Assembly (NCBI GenBank): GCA_041611735.1
Contig: JBFIML010000011.1
Span: 23,527-87,526, forward strand
Direction of reading: 5' to 3'
Length of the DNA: 64,000 nt
Source of the DNA: Myxococcota bacterium
Lineage (GTDB): Bacteria > Myxococcota_A > UBA9160 > PR03
The notes beneath the pieces are model-generated. The model was given only the letters and a program-made list of their open reading frames with translations. It ran no database searches and was not told the origin of the DNA. Position 1 is the first letter of the stretch. Each line of letters starts with the position of its first letter. Of the stretch, positions 19,395-28,954 are shown one piece after another. The translations under genes were made by a program, and so were the position numbers.

Positions 19395-20501
19395 TCAGCG
19401 CAGCGCCCGGCCCAGGACGTCGGCCACGCGCTCCTGTTGCGCGGCCGAGATGCCGGGGAAGAGCGGCAGTGAGAGCACCTCCCGGGCCGCCCGCTCCGCC
19501 TCCGGGAAGTCCCCGCGCCGGTGCCCGAGGGAGCCCAGGGCGCCCTGCAGGTGGAGCGGCGTCGGGTAGTGGATGGCCGCTCCGATGCCGCCCTCCCGGA
19601 GCTGCTTCAGCACGCGGTCGCGCTGCGGGACGCGCACCACGTACAGGTGCCAGACCGGCTCGTTGCCCGCCAGAACGACCGGGAGCTCGAGGTCCGGGAG
19701 GTCCACCAGGAGCGCAGCGTAGCGCGCTGCGGCGCGGCACCGTTCCTGGTTCCAGGCGGCCAGGTGCCGGAGCTTGGCCCGCAGCACCACCGCCTGCAGG
19801 CTGTCGAGGCGCGAGTTGAAGCCGGCCAGGGGATGGTGGTTGCGGACGTCGCTGCCGTAGTTGCGCAGCTGCCGCGCCCGCTCGGCCAGGCCGGCGTCGT
19901 CGCTGAGGATCGCCCCGGCGTCGCCGTAGGCGCCCAGGTTCTTGCTCGGATAGAAGCTCGTGCCGGCGGCGAGGCCGACGGAGCCCGCGCAGCGGCCGTG
20001 GCGGCGCGCCCCCTGGGACTGGGCCGCGTCCTCCAGCAGGGCGACGCCCGCCGCCCGGGTCAGGGGCTCCAGGGCCTCGAGCGGCGCCATCTGCCCGTAC
20101 AGGTGGACGGCGATCACCGCCCGGGTGCGGGGCCCGATGCGGTCCGCCACCTGCGCCACGTCGAGCAGATGGGTCTGCGGGTCCTGGTCCACCAGCAGCG
20201 GCCGGGCTCCGGCCCGCAGCACCGCCAGCGCGGTGGCCACGAAGGTGTTGGCCGGCAGGATCACCTCCTGGCCCGGGCCCACGTCGAGGGCGCGCAGGAT
20301 GAGCTCCAGGGCGTCGGTCCCGTTGGCCACGCCGACGCAGTGGCCCACCTGGCAGAAGCGCGCGAACTCCCGCTCGAACTCCGCCACCGGGGGGCCCAGC
20401 ACGAAGGCCTGGTCCGCGTAGAGCGCCGCCAGGCCCTGCTCCAGATCGGCGGCGATGGCCCGGTGCTGGAAGTGCAGGTCCACCAGGGGGATCGACGTCA
20501 C
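19395..20501 (-). CDS. DegT/DnrJ/EryC1/StrS aminotransferase (WbpE-like)
   Basis: NGTDAL, EDAAQ, SFYPSKNLGAYGDAG, NSRLD; GTGA overlap with the upstream gene. Confidence 0.93.
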   Translation of the reverse strand: MTSIPLVDLHFQHRAIAADLEQGLAALYADQAFVLGPPVAEFEREFARFCQVGHCVGVANGTDALELILRALDVGPGQEVILPANTFVATALAVLRAGARPLLVDQDPQTHLLDVAQVADRIGPRTRAVIAVHLYGQMAPLEALEPLTRAAGVALLEDAAQSQGARRHGRCAGSVGLAAGTSFYPSKNLGAYGDAGAILSDDAGLAERARQLRNYGSDVRNHHPLAGFNSRLDSLQAVVLRAKLRHLAAWNQERCRAAARYAALLVDLPDLELPVVLAGNEPVWHLYVVRVPQRDRVLKQLREGGIGAAIHYPTPLHLQGALGSLGHRRGDFPEAERAAREVLSLPLFPGISAAQQERVADVLGRALR

Positions 20502-21523
20502 GGGGCCACGGGCTCCTCGCGGCCGCCGTGGCCCATGGAGCGCGCGATCGCCTCCAGGGCGCGCACGACGGCCAGCCCCTCCGGGCCGCCCGTGAGCGGC
20601 GTCCTCCCCGAGCGGATGCACGCCAGGAAGTGCTCGCACTGCGTCCGCAGCGGCTCCACCATCTCGATGCGCGGGATCGTGATGTTGCCCTCCCGCACGC
20701 TCATGCGGAACGAGGCGAAGCTGTCCACGAACTCGCTGAGCGTGCGGTCCTCGGCCACCTGCTTGTCGTAGACGCGGACCGGCTCGGTCAAGTTGGTGTC
20801 GTCGAAGGTCAGCATGTGCTTCTCGCCCACCAGCGTGATGTGCCGGGACTTGCGCGGGTTGAGCCAGGAGGCATGGAGGTGGACCAGCAGCTGGTTCGGG
20901 TAGCGCAGCGTGGCGAACACGGCGTCCTCGATGCCGGAGTTGATCCAGGCGCCCCCGACCGCCGTGACCGCCAGGGGCTCCGCCTCGAGCCACCAGTTGG
21001 CCAGCGCGATGTCGTGGGAGGCCAGGTCCCAGGCGGAGTTCACATCGAAGCGGATCGGGCCCAGGTTGGTGCGGACCATGGAGACGTAGTAGACGCGCCC
21101 GAGCTCTCCCCGGTCCAGGAAGCGCTTTACCCAACGGGCCGCGGCGTTGTAGACGAAGACGTGGCCGACCATGAGGATGCGCTGGGCCCGCGCGGCGAGG
21201 CGGGTGAGCTCCTCGGCCGTGGCGACCCGGTCCGTGAGCGGCTTCTCCACCAGCACGTGCTTGCCCGCCTCGAGGGCGGCCCGGGCGAGCTCGTAGTGGC
21301 TGCTGGTGGGGGTGGCGACCACGACCGCGTCCACGTCGGGGGCTGCCAGCACCGGGCCGAGGTCGGGCGCGGTGCCCACCTCCGGCAGGCGCCGGTGCAC
21401 CTGCTCCAGGCGCTCCGGGTCGCGGTCCACGACCCAGGTCACAAGGCTGTCCTGCCGGTTGTGGAAGCTCCCGATCAGGTTCGGCCCCCAGCGGCCGGCG
21501 CCCACCACGGCGATGCGGATCAT
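20498..21523 (-). CDS. Gfo/Idh/MocA oxidoreductase (WbpB-like)
   Basis: GAGRWG, HVLVEKP, WDLASHD. Confidence 0.92.
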   Translation of the reverse strand: MIRIAVVGAGRWGPNLIGSFHNRQDSLVTWVVDRDPERLEQVHRRLPEVGTAPDLGPVLAAPDVDAVVVATPTSSHYELARAALEAGKHVLVEKPLTDRVATAEELTRLAARAQRILMVGHVFVYNAAARWVKRFLDRGELGRVYYVSMVRTNLGPIRFDVNSAWDLASHDIALANWWLEAEPLAVTAVGGAWINSGIEDAVFATLRYPNQLLVHLHASWLNPRKSRHITLVGEKHMLTFDDTNLTEPVRVYDKQVAEDRTLSEFVDSFASFRMSVREGNITIPRIEMVEPLRTQCEHFLACIRSGRTPLTGGPEGLAVVRALEAIARSMGHGGREEPVAP

Positions 21524-21530
21524 GGCAGCC

Positions 21531-22253
21531 TCACGTGCGCCGGTGCAGGCCCAGGTAGACCAGCGGCCTCAGGATCGACCACCAGCCGCTCACGGCCTTC
21601 ATCTTGGTCTGCCCCAGGTGCCGGGGTGGGTAGATCTTGGTGACCGGCACCTCCGTGGTGCGGTAGCCCAGGCGGATCGCACGCAGGTAGAGGTACGGCT
21701 CGAGCTCGTACTGGTCGAGCCAGGGCTGGTCCAGGTCGAGGCGCGGGTCCTCCAGGATGCGCCGGTGCAGGGCGCGGAAGCCGTTGGTGGACTCCGTGAC
21801 CCGGCGCCCGGCCACCCAGGAGAAGATCCGGGCGTGCAGGCGCGTGGCCAGCCGCCGGTAGCGCGGCATGGGCCCGAAGTCCGGGTCCGACTTGAGGAAG
21901 CGGGAGCCCTGTACGAAGTCTGCCCGGCCCTCGGCAATGGGGTCGAGCAGCAGCGGAATCTCCTCCGGCGCATCCTTGTTGTTGCCCGCCAGGACCACGG
22001 CGACGTCGTGGCCGCCCTGGCGCGCCTCTGCGTAGCCCGTCCGCAGGGCGACCCCCACGCCGAGGGTGGCTCCCAGGGAGAGCACCCGGGCGCCGCCCTC
22101 GCGGGCGACTTGGGCGGTGGCGTCGGTCGAGCCGTCGTCCACGACCAGCACGTCGTCCACCAGCGGGCGGGGGATGCGGCGCACCACCTCGCCGATCTTG
22201 CGCTCCTCGTCGTAGGCGGGAACGATGGCGATCACCGAGAGGCCGCGGTACAC
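21531..22253 (-). CDS. Glycosyltransferase family 2 (DPM-synthase-like)
   Basis: VPAYDEE, VVDDGSTD, VQGSRF, TNGFRA. Confidence 0.9.
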   Translation of the reverse strand: MYRGLSVIAIVPAYDEERKIGEVVRRIPRPLVDDVLVVDDGSTDATAQVAREGGARVLSLGATLGVGVALRTGYAEARQGGHDVAVVLAGNNKDAPEEIPLLLDPIAEGRADFVQGSRFLKSDPDFGPMPRYRRLATRLHARIFSWVAGRRVTESTNGFRALHRRILEDPRLDLDQPWLDQYELEPYLYLRAIRLGYRTTEVPVTKIYPPRHLGQTKMKAVSGWWSILRPLVYLGLHRRT

Positions 22254-22379
22254 GAGCTGCTTTCCCCGCACGCAGAAGCCCCGCGAAGCATAGCTGCGAC
22301 CCCGATCCGCGCCGGCGCAGAGCCAGGCGCGGCGCTGCGGCTCCGACACCCAGACCACCTCGTCGTCCGGACTCGCCGA

Positions 22380-22732
22380 GGGGGGCGACCAGAGCGGCAC
22401 GAGTCGACCCGGCCCGCACCGACTCCAGGTAGGAGCGGAGCCCCAGGGGCAGGCCGAGCCCGTAGAGGGAGACCCGCAGCTTCTCCGCCAGCGCGGCGCG
22501 GTGACGCGGGAAAGCGCCGCCAGCAGCCGCTGGGTGAGCCAGTTGGGGCTCGGAACCGAGTGGGGGATGTAGTACTCTGGGACCCGCTCCTTGGCGTCGT
22601 ACTGCCACCCGGTGACGGCGTTGGCGAGATGGATCGGCCCCTCCCGGAACGGCAGGTAGGGGAAGATCCCGAGCGGCAGCAGGAACAGGTTGAGTAGGAG
22701 CGCGAAGGCGACTTGCTCCGATCCCCTCCCAT
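22380..22732 (-). pseudogene. Frameshifted N-terminal remnant of a polytopic membrane protein
   Basis: Protein-like segments in different frames: VAFALLLNLFLLPLGIFPYLPFREGPIHLANA...PNWLTQRLLAAL, then AEKLRVSLYGLGLPLGLRSYL. Confidence 0.55.
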
Positions 22733-22777
22733 GAGCCCTCCTTGTCTCCGCCCCCGCCGGCGTGGAGCCGCGCCGCG

Positions 22778-23641
22778 ATGACGCCGGAAGTGTGGATGCT
22801 GGGGATCTTCGGCCTGCTAGCCGTGGCCTTCCTGGCCATGGAGCGGCTCTTCGCGGCCCACCCGCAGCCCGTCTTCCGGACCGGCTTCGGGGCCGACCTG
22901 ATCTACGCCCCCTTGAACGTCCTGGCCCGCATCGTCTTCAACGGGACGATCGCCCTGGGCTACGCGCGTCTCGGGCACGCCCTGCTCCCGTCCGAGTGGG
23001 CGGGAGTCCTCAGTACCCGTCCCGTGTGGTTGCAGGCGCTGGTTCTGCTCGTCGTGCTGGACGTCCTGTTCTACTTCATGCACCGCCTCAAGCACCGCTG
23101 GCACTGGTGGTGGCGGCTCCACGAGACCCACCACAGCTCCGTCGATCTCGACTTCTTCTCCAGCGTCCGCTTCCACCCGCTGGAGAAGATCCTCGACCGC
23201 TCGATCTTCCTGACGCCCATCTTCGTCCTCGGCCCCTCGGACTGGACCATCGTGGTCTGGTCCTGCACGGACGCCTTCTTCGGCATGTTCATCCACGCCA
23301 ACGTGACCTGGCGGATCGGTTGGCTCAAGTACGTGTTCGTGGGGCCCGAGATGCACCGCTGGCACCACGTGGCGGACCCGGCGCTGCGCGAGTGCAACTA
23401 CGGCAACAACTTCTCGTTCTGCGACTGGATCTTCGGCACGGCCTACGTGAGTGAGCGCGATCCGGCCGGCTTCGGCCTCGAGGATGCCGCCTATCCGGCC
23501 GAGAGCTTCGCCCGGCAGTTCACCCACGCGTTCCGGCCGCGCGCGGAGCCAAGCAGGGAGGACTCCACGCGCCATCCGCGGGCCGCCCCCACGGCGAGCC
23601 CACCCGCGCGCCGGGGGCCGCCGGAGGCGGTGCGCTCCTGA
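22778..23641 (+). CDS. Sterol desaturase / fatty acid hydroxylase family protein
   Basis: His boxes HRLKH, HETHH, HRWHH; NYG. Confidence 0.9.
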   Translation: MTPEVWMLGIFGLLAVAFLAMERLFAAHPQPVFRTGFGADLIYAPLNVLARIVFNGTIALGYARLGHALLPSEWAGVLSTRPVWLQALVLLVVLDVLFYFMHRLKHRWHWWWRLHETHHSSVDLDFFSSVRFHPLEKILDRSIFLTPIFVLGPSDWTIVVWSCTDAFFGMFIHANVTWRIGWLKYVFVGPEMHRWHHVADPALRECNYGNNFSFCDWIFGTAYVSERDPAGFGLEDAAYPAESFARQFTHAFRPRAEPSREDSTRHPRAAPTASPPARRGPPEAVRS

Positions 23642-23676
23642 CCCGGGTTCCCCGACCGGGAGCCCAGGTCAGGTTC

Positions 23677-25176
23677 TTGGCGCTCCCCGTTCTGATCGGG
23701 CTGCTCGCCGCGCTGATGACCTGGGGCGCGAAGGTCTGTGAGACCCACTCCGCGGACTCGATCCTCCAGGTGCTGATCAGCCGCATCAAGTTGACGCCGT
23801 ATTACTGGGGCCAGAACCGCCTGGGGAGCCTTCTGCCCTTCCTGGCCCACCCGATCTCCGACCTCGCCGCCAACCTGCAGTTCCAGGTCTTCGTACGCGC
23901 CGCCAGCGCATTCTGCATCCCGCTGCTCGCGTTCTTCATGCTGGGGGTTCGCCGCGCACTGTTCGTCCACTTCGGTCTCGCGGTGGCCCTCATCTTCGTG
24001 TCCTACCGGCCCCTCGGTTTGCTGACGATCTTCCCTGTCAACCCCTATGGCCTGTCTGCGCTCCTGCTGCTGCTCGGTCTCGGCCTGCATGGGCGCGGCT
24101 GGCGGGGACCCCGAGCCGTCTTCTGCGCAGCCTGCCTCGGGGCGCTCGCGAGCTTCACGCTGGCGTTCTTCGTCAATCTCTCCGCGGGCGTATGGATGCT
24201 GCCGATCTACTTCCTGCTCGCGTGTGCCCAGGACCGTCGCCGGAACCTCGGAGTCGCGCTCCTCCTGCTTTTCGCCTTCGTCGCCGCCACGCTGCACTCC
24301 CGGATGCTCGGCCCCGGCTACTCGAGCTTCGAGTTCGCGTGGACCCACTACCTCTCCGTCTTCGATCAGTCGGAGCAGCTCGTCTGGTCGCGCTGGGTCC
24401 TGGTGGCGAAGCTCCTGGCGGTCCCGGCACTGCTCGTTCCTCGCGTGGCGCTGGGCTGGTACCGCGGGGAGCCCATCGCCGACACGGAAGGCGGCCGCTT
24501 CGCGATCCGGGTGGCCTGCGTGTTCGCGGGGTGCCTGGTCTTCTTCCTCGTCGTCGTTCACGCGGAGTGGCTGCGCGTGAATCTGTTCTCCTTCCGCTAC
24601 TTCATGCTCCCTGCCGCCATCATCGACTGCCTGCTCGTCGCCCAGCTGGTGGAGCTCCTGCTGGCGTTCGGCCCGTCGCGACCGCGCTGGCTCCCGGCCC
24701 CAAGCACCGGCGTGCTTGCCGCAAGCCTGGCCGTCGCTTGCGTCTACGCCGCAACCGGCCCGCCACGCACGGATTGCGCTTTCCTGAAGCAGCATGCGGC
24801 GGCTGGAATCTTCGCGCGACAGGCGGTGCAGAGTGATGCACGCCTGGTGATCGGCGACTATTGGATCGTCTGGCCCACGGTCTTCCAGCTCGTCCGCGAG
24901 CTCGACGCGCACCGGGCTTTCCGGTCTTCCGAGGCCTTCGGGATCACCTACCGGGGAGACGTGATGGCCGAGCAGGTCTTCGCACGGATCGCTTCGGGCC
25001 CCGGGCAGCGCGCTCTCTGTATCGAGAACGACCTGGCGGGGTGCCGGGCACGGATGGCGCACTTCGCACGACGAAACGGGCAGCCGCCGCCGCTCGTCTC
25101 GTTCGAAGCCGAGGGTCGGCTCCCGGGAGCGGGGCGTTACCTGCTGCTGCGCGTGGAGGCGGCGACCCCCGGCTGA
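23677..25176 (+). CDS. Polytopic membrane protein (possible GT-C-like glycosyltransferase)
   Basis: Many TM segments, early loop ADSIL...YYWGQNRLG, RYF motif, soluble C-terminus with GDYW; start uncertain. Confidence 0.65.
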   Translation: MALPVLIGLLAALMTWGAKVCETHSADSILQVLISRIKLTPYYWGQNRLGSLLPFLAHPISDLAANLQFQVFVRAASAFCIPLLAFFMLGVRRALFVHFGLAVALIFVSYRPLGLLTIFPVNPYGLSALLLLLGLGLHGRGWRGPRAVFCAACLGALASFTLAFFVNLSAGVWMLPIYFLLACAQDRRRNLGVALLLLFAFVAATLHSRMLGPGYSSFEFAWTHYLSVFDQSEQLVWSRWVLVAKLLAVPALLVPRVALGWYRGEPIADTEGGRFAIRVACVFAGCLVFFLVVVHAEWLRVNLFSFRYFMLPAAIIDCLLVAQLVELLLAFGPSRPRWLPAPSTGVLAASLAVACVYAATGPPRTDCAFLKQHAAAGIFARQAVQSDARLVIGDYWIVWPTVFQLVRELDAHRAFRSSEAFGITYRGDVMAEQVFARIASGPGQRALCIENDLAGCRARMAHFARRNGQPPPLVSFEAEGRLPGAGRYLLLRVEAATPG

Positions 25177-25248
25177 CGGCAGGTTGCCGAGGGACCCCGA
25201 CTTTCGAAGAGCTCGAGGGGACTCGGGTCCCGCGAGCGGGAGCCCCGG

Positions 25249-26208
25249 TCAGCCGGAGCGGGCGCTCCGCGCCCAGGCCACAGCGAGCACCCCGGCCATC
25301 ACCAGCAGGCCCGTGGAGGGCTCGGGGACGCTCGCCACCCGGAAGCCGAAGAAGTTGTCCTCGATCTGCGGCAGGCTCGGGTCCCGGAAGGAGGCGGCCA
25401 GGGCGCCCGGGAAGTCGAACCAGCTGCCTCCGCGAATGCCCCGGAAGCTGCCGTCGAAGAAGGGCTCCTCGTTCCACTCCAGCACGTTCCCGCCCTGGTC
25501 GAAAGTACCGTAGGGACTTGCGGAGCCCGTGTAGGAGCCCACGTCCGTGAGCGTGGCCGCGGCGAAGTCGCAGTTCGCGGTGTTCGGGGCGGCGGTGGGC
25601 GCCGAGCAGCCGATCGTCGTGTCCTCGCCCGCCGGGTAATCGAGCCAGGTGCCGGACGCGCCGCCGTAGTAGGCGGCCTTGTACCACTCGTCCTCGCTGG
25701 GAAGCCAGACCGTGGCGCCCGCGTTGCGGGTGATCGTCGTCGAGTTGCTCGGGATGGGAATCCCGCCGAGTAGCGTGTAGGCGCCGCTCTCCGTACCCCC
25801 GCTCCCCATGCCGTTGTGCATCCAGTTGGCGAAGCGGAGGGCGTCGAACCACGAGACGAAGTTCACGGGCTTCGCATCCATGCTCGTCTTCAGCACGTAC
25901 TTGGAGCCGTCCGCATTGCCGGAGACCCGCTCGATCCCGCCGTGCTCGCTGGAGCCCATGCCCGGGTTGTAGAGGGCGAGGGCGTCGGCGCCCGTCGGGT
26001 CCACGGCGTTCAGGAACTCGGCGTACTGGGCGTTGGTGACCTCGTAGCGGCCGATCTGGTAGGGGGTCGTCACGGCGCCGAAGCATCCCGAGGCCTGGGT
26101 GTCACAGGCGTTGCCCGGGTCTCCGACCGCGACCCAGTCCATGCTGAGGGCTCCGGCCGGGTGCACCCCCAGTGCCAGCCAGGCGGCGAGGACGGTGAGT
26201 GCCCGCAT
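25249..26208 (-). CDS. FGE/SUMF1-domain PEP-CTERM protein
   Basis: GRYEVTNAQY, LPSEDEWYKAA, DQGGNVLEW, RGGSW, GFRVA; C-terminal VPEP-TM-basic tail. Confidence 0.92.
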   Translation of the reverse strand: MRALTVLAAWLALGVHPAGALSMDWVAVGDPGNACDTQASGCFGAVTTPYQIGRYEVTNAQYAEFLNAVDPTGADALALYNPGMGSSEHGGIERVSGNADGSKYVLKTSMDAKPVNFVSWFDALRFANWMHNGMGSGGTESGAYTLLGGIPIPSNSTTITRNAGATVWLPSEDEWYKAAYYGGASGTWLDYPAGEDTTIGCSAPTAAPNTANCDFAAATLTDVGSYTGSASPYGTFDQGGNVLEWNEEPFFDGSFRGIRGGSWFDFPGALAASFRDPSLPQIEDNFFGFRVASVPEPSTGLLVMAGVLAVAWARSARSG

Positions 26209-26248
26209 GGTCCGCTCCTCCACTGGACCACCCCCTTCAGGGTCTTAT

Positions 26249-26264
26249 AGCAAGTGCCATGCCT
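26249..26264 (-). promoter_or_regulatory. sigma-54 (-24/-12) promoter
   Basis: Minus strand AGGCAT-GGCAC-TTGCT (GG-N10-GC). Confidence 0.7.
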
Positions 26265-26374
26265 TCCGAGCCGGCGGGAGGTGGGCGCACTCCCCGCGGG
26301 CGGGAGAGCCGGGGGAGGTCGTCTTCCCATCATAGGAAAGTCTTTTCCGTGCCGGCGCGACCGGGAGCGCGGCC

Positions 26375-27160
26375 TCAGCGGCCTTCGAAGCGGGGGCGGC
26401 GCTTCTCCAGGAAGGCGGCGACCCCCTCCCGATAGTCCGCGCTCTCGAAGCAGGCCCGGTAGGCGGCCTCCACGGACTCGCCCTCGCGAGCCTCCGGGGG
26501 CCGGCGCAGCGCCCGGGCGGCGAGCTTCACGGCGCGCAGGGTGAGGGGCGCGTTCCCGGCCATGCGCTCGGCGCGCTCGCGCACGAAGGCCTCGAGCTGG
26601 TCGGAGGGGACGACCTCGTTCACCAGGTGGAGGCGAAGCGCCTCCGCCGCATCCAGGCGGCGCGCCGTCATCAGGATGTCCAGGGCGGCGGGCATCCCGA
26701 CCGTGGCCACCAGCGTCTCCACGGCCGCGGGTTCGTAGCCGATGCCAAGCCGGGCCGCCGGAACGCTGAAAACCGCGTCCTCGGCGGCGTAGCGGAGGTC
26801 CGCCGTGAGGGCGACCACCACCCCGCCGCCCACGCAGGGGCCGCGGATGCCGGCGAGCAGCGGCTTGTCCAGGTTCACCAGGGCGCCCAGGGCGGCGCCG
26901 ACGAGGCGCCCATAGCCTGCCCGCGCCTGCTCCCCGGTGCGCTCGCTGCCGAACTGCGAGATGTCGGCGCCGGCCACGAAGGCCTCGTCGCCGGCTCCGC
27001 GCAGGACGACGACCCGCACCGCCGGGTCCCCGGCCAGCTTCGCCACGGCACCTGGAAGCTGCTGCCACATCTCCACCGAGATGGCGTTGCGTCGCTTCGG
27101 CTGATCGAAGACGATCCAGCCGAGGGCGCCTTCCTGCCTGGTGCGGATCCTGCCACCCAT
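26375..27160 (-). CDS. Enoyl-CoA hydratase/isomerase family
   Basis: AFVAGADIS, GPCVGGG, DYREGVAAFLEKRRP. Confidence 0.92.
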   Translation of the reverse strand: MGGRIRTRQEGALGWIVFDQPKRRNAISVEMWQQLPGAVAKLAGDPAVRVVVLRGAGDEAFVAGADISQFGSERTGEQARAGYGRLVGAALGALVNLDKPLLAGIRGPCVGGGVVVALTADLRYAAEDAVFSVPAARLGIGYEPAAVETLVATVGMPAALDILMTARRLDAAEALRLHLVNEVVPSDQLEAFVRERAERMAGNAPLTLRAVKLAARALRRPPEAREGESVEAAYRACFESADYREGVAAFLEKRRPRFEGR

Positions 27161-27217
27161 GGGCGTCCTCCCAGCGCGTATCCTAGACCGGCCACTCCGT
27201 TCCGTGGAGGCACGCCG

Positions 27218-28450
27218 ATGAAGGATCCCGACGCAGCCCGGCGCGAGGCCGGGCCCGGTCCCCTGGCGGGCGTGGTGGTGCTCGACGTCACGCACGTGAT
27301 GGCGGGCTCCTACTGCGGCCTGCTCCTGGCCGAGATGGGCGCCGACGTGATCAAGCTGGAGCGGGCCGGTGGCGGCGACGACCTGCGCCGCAACCAGGAG
27401 CTCTCGAAGGGCGTCTTCCGTCCCTACGACGCCGTGAACCACGGCAAGCGCAGCCTCGTCCTGGATCTGCGCGATCCGCGCGGGGCGGAGGTGCTGCGGC
27501 GCCTCGCGGAGCGGGCCGACGTCTTCGTGGAGAACTACCGTCCCGGCACGCTTGCGCGCCACGGCGTGGGCGCGGAGGGGCTGCGGGCCCGCAACCCCCG
27601 CCTCGTCACCTGCTCGATCTCGGGCTTCGGCGCCACGGGACCCTACGCGGAGCGGCCGGGCTTCGACCTGGTGGCCCAGGCCATGGCCGGGATCATGAGC
27701 CTGACCGGCGAGCCCGGGCGGCCGCCGGTGGTGGCCGGCGTCCCCCTGGCGGACCTGAATGCCGGCGTCTTCGCCGCCCTCGGGATCCTCTCCGCCCTGT
27801 GGCATCGGGAGCGCACGGGTGAGGCGCAGCACGTGGACACGTCGCTCTTCGAGGCGGCCCTGGCCTACACGATCTGGGAGTCCGCCCTCTGGTTCGATCT
27901 GGGCGAGGTACCCGGCCCCGCCGGCCGCTCCCACCGCCTGGGCGCTCCCTACGGCGCCTTCCGAACCCGTGACGGGCACCTCATGATCGGTGCGGGGACG
28001 CAGCCCAACTGGGAGCGCCTGTGCCGCGCGCTCGGGCGCCCGCATCTCGCCGAGGATCCCCGCTTTCGTACACCTCTCGACCGCATCGCCCACAAGGAGG
28101 CGCTCACGGCGGTCCTCGAATCCCGGCTCGACGAGGACACCAGCGCTGCCTGGACGGACGTCCTCCTCGCGGAGGGCGTCCCCTGCGGCCCCGTGCAGAC
28201 CCTCGACGCCGCCCACGCCGATCCCCAGGCCGGCGCCCGCGCCATGGCCGTCTCCCTGGGCGAGATCGACGGACGCGAGCGGAAGGTGGTGGGCGCGCCG
28301 GTCAAGCTCTCGCGCACACCCTGGCGGGTGCGGGGGCGGGCTGCCCGCTACGGCGAGCACGGCGAGCCCGTCCTGCGCGAGATGGGCTTCCGCGAGGAGG
28401 AGATCGCGTCCCTGCGCGCTGCCGGAGTGCTCCAAGGGACGGCATCCTGA
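27218..28450 (+). CDS. CaiB/BaiF class III CoA transferase
   Basis: MGADVIKLE, NHGKRS, DVFVENYRPG, GFDLVAQA. Confidence 0.93.
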   Translation: MKDPDAARREAGPGPLAGVVVLDVTHVMAGSYCGLLLAEMGADVIKLERAGGGDDLRRNQELSKGVFRPYDAVNHGKRSLVLDLRDPRGAEVLRRLAERADVFVENYRPGTLARHGVGAEGLRARNPRLVTCSISGFGATGPYAERPGFDLVAQAMAGIMSLTGEPGRPPVVAGVPLADLNAGVFAALGILSALWHRERTGEAQHVDTSLFEAALAYTIWESALWFDLGEVPGPAGRSHRLGAPYGAFRTRDGHLMIGAGTQPNWERLCRALGRPHLAEDPRFRTPLDRIAHKEALTAVLESRLDEDTSAAWTDVLLAEGVPCGPVQTLDAAHADPQAGARAMAVSLGEIDGRERKVVGAPVKLSRTPWRVRGRAARYGEHGEPVLREMGFREEEIASLRAAGVLQGTAS

Positions 28451-28630
28451 GGCCTCTCGGCGCTGGGGTTGCCTGCGTCCGGGGCGGTGATCGCAGCCCG
28501 CTCAAGGGCCACCGCCGTCCCGCCGAAGCGACGCCCGGTGGTGGAACCTGGCGTTTGTGGGTTCCACGCCCCCTCGACCTCATGGCGCCGCCCGGGAAGG
28601 CACCTCCCGCCGGCGGCACTGGAGACGCCC

Positions 28631-28954
28631 ATGCTTCGCCTCCTCCCCTGCCTGCTCGCAGCGCTCGCGCTCGCGGTCCTCGCCACCCCGGCCGTGGCCA
28701 GCAACGACGGCCTCTGGGGCCGCAAGATCACCATCTGCCACGTCCCGCCCGGGAAGGCCGTCCTCGACGAGCTGGGCAAGCTGGACAAATCCCGGAGCAA
28801 GATCGTCAAGATCCGGACCGGCCAGTCCGCCCGCAACGGGCACGAGCTCGCCGAGATCATGGGGAAGCACACGGCCCATCAGTACGACTTCCTGGCCAAC
28901 GGCGAAGGCGACTGCGCGGCGGCGGAGCCGGATCCGGAGCCCGTCCCCGAGTAG
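28631..28954 (+). CDS. Small secreted Cys/His-motif protein
   Basis: GGAG RBS; signal peptide; KITICHVPPG...HTAHQYD...GDC. Confidence 0.7.
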   Translation: MLRLLPCLLAALALAVLATPAVASNDGLWGRKITICHVPPGKAVLDELGKLDKSRSKIVKIRTGQSARNGHELAEIMGKHTAHQYDFLANGEGDCAAAEPDPEPVPE

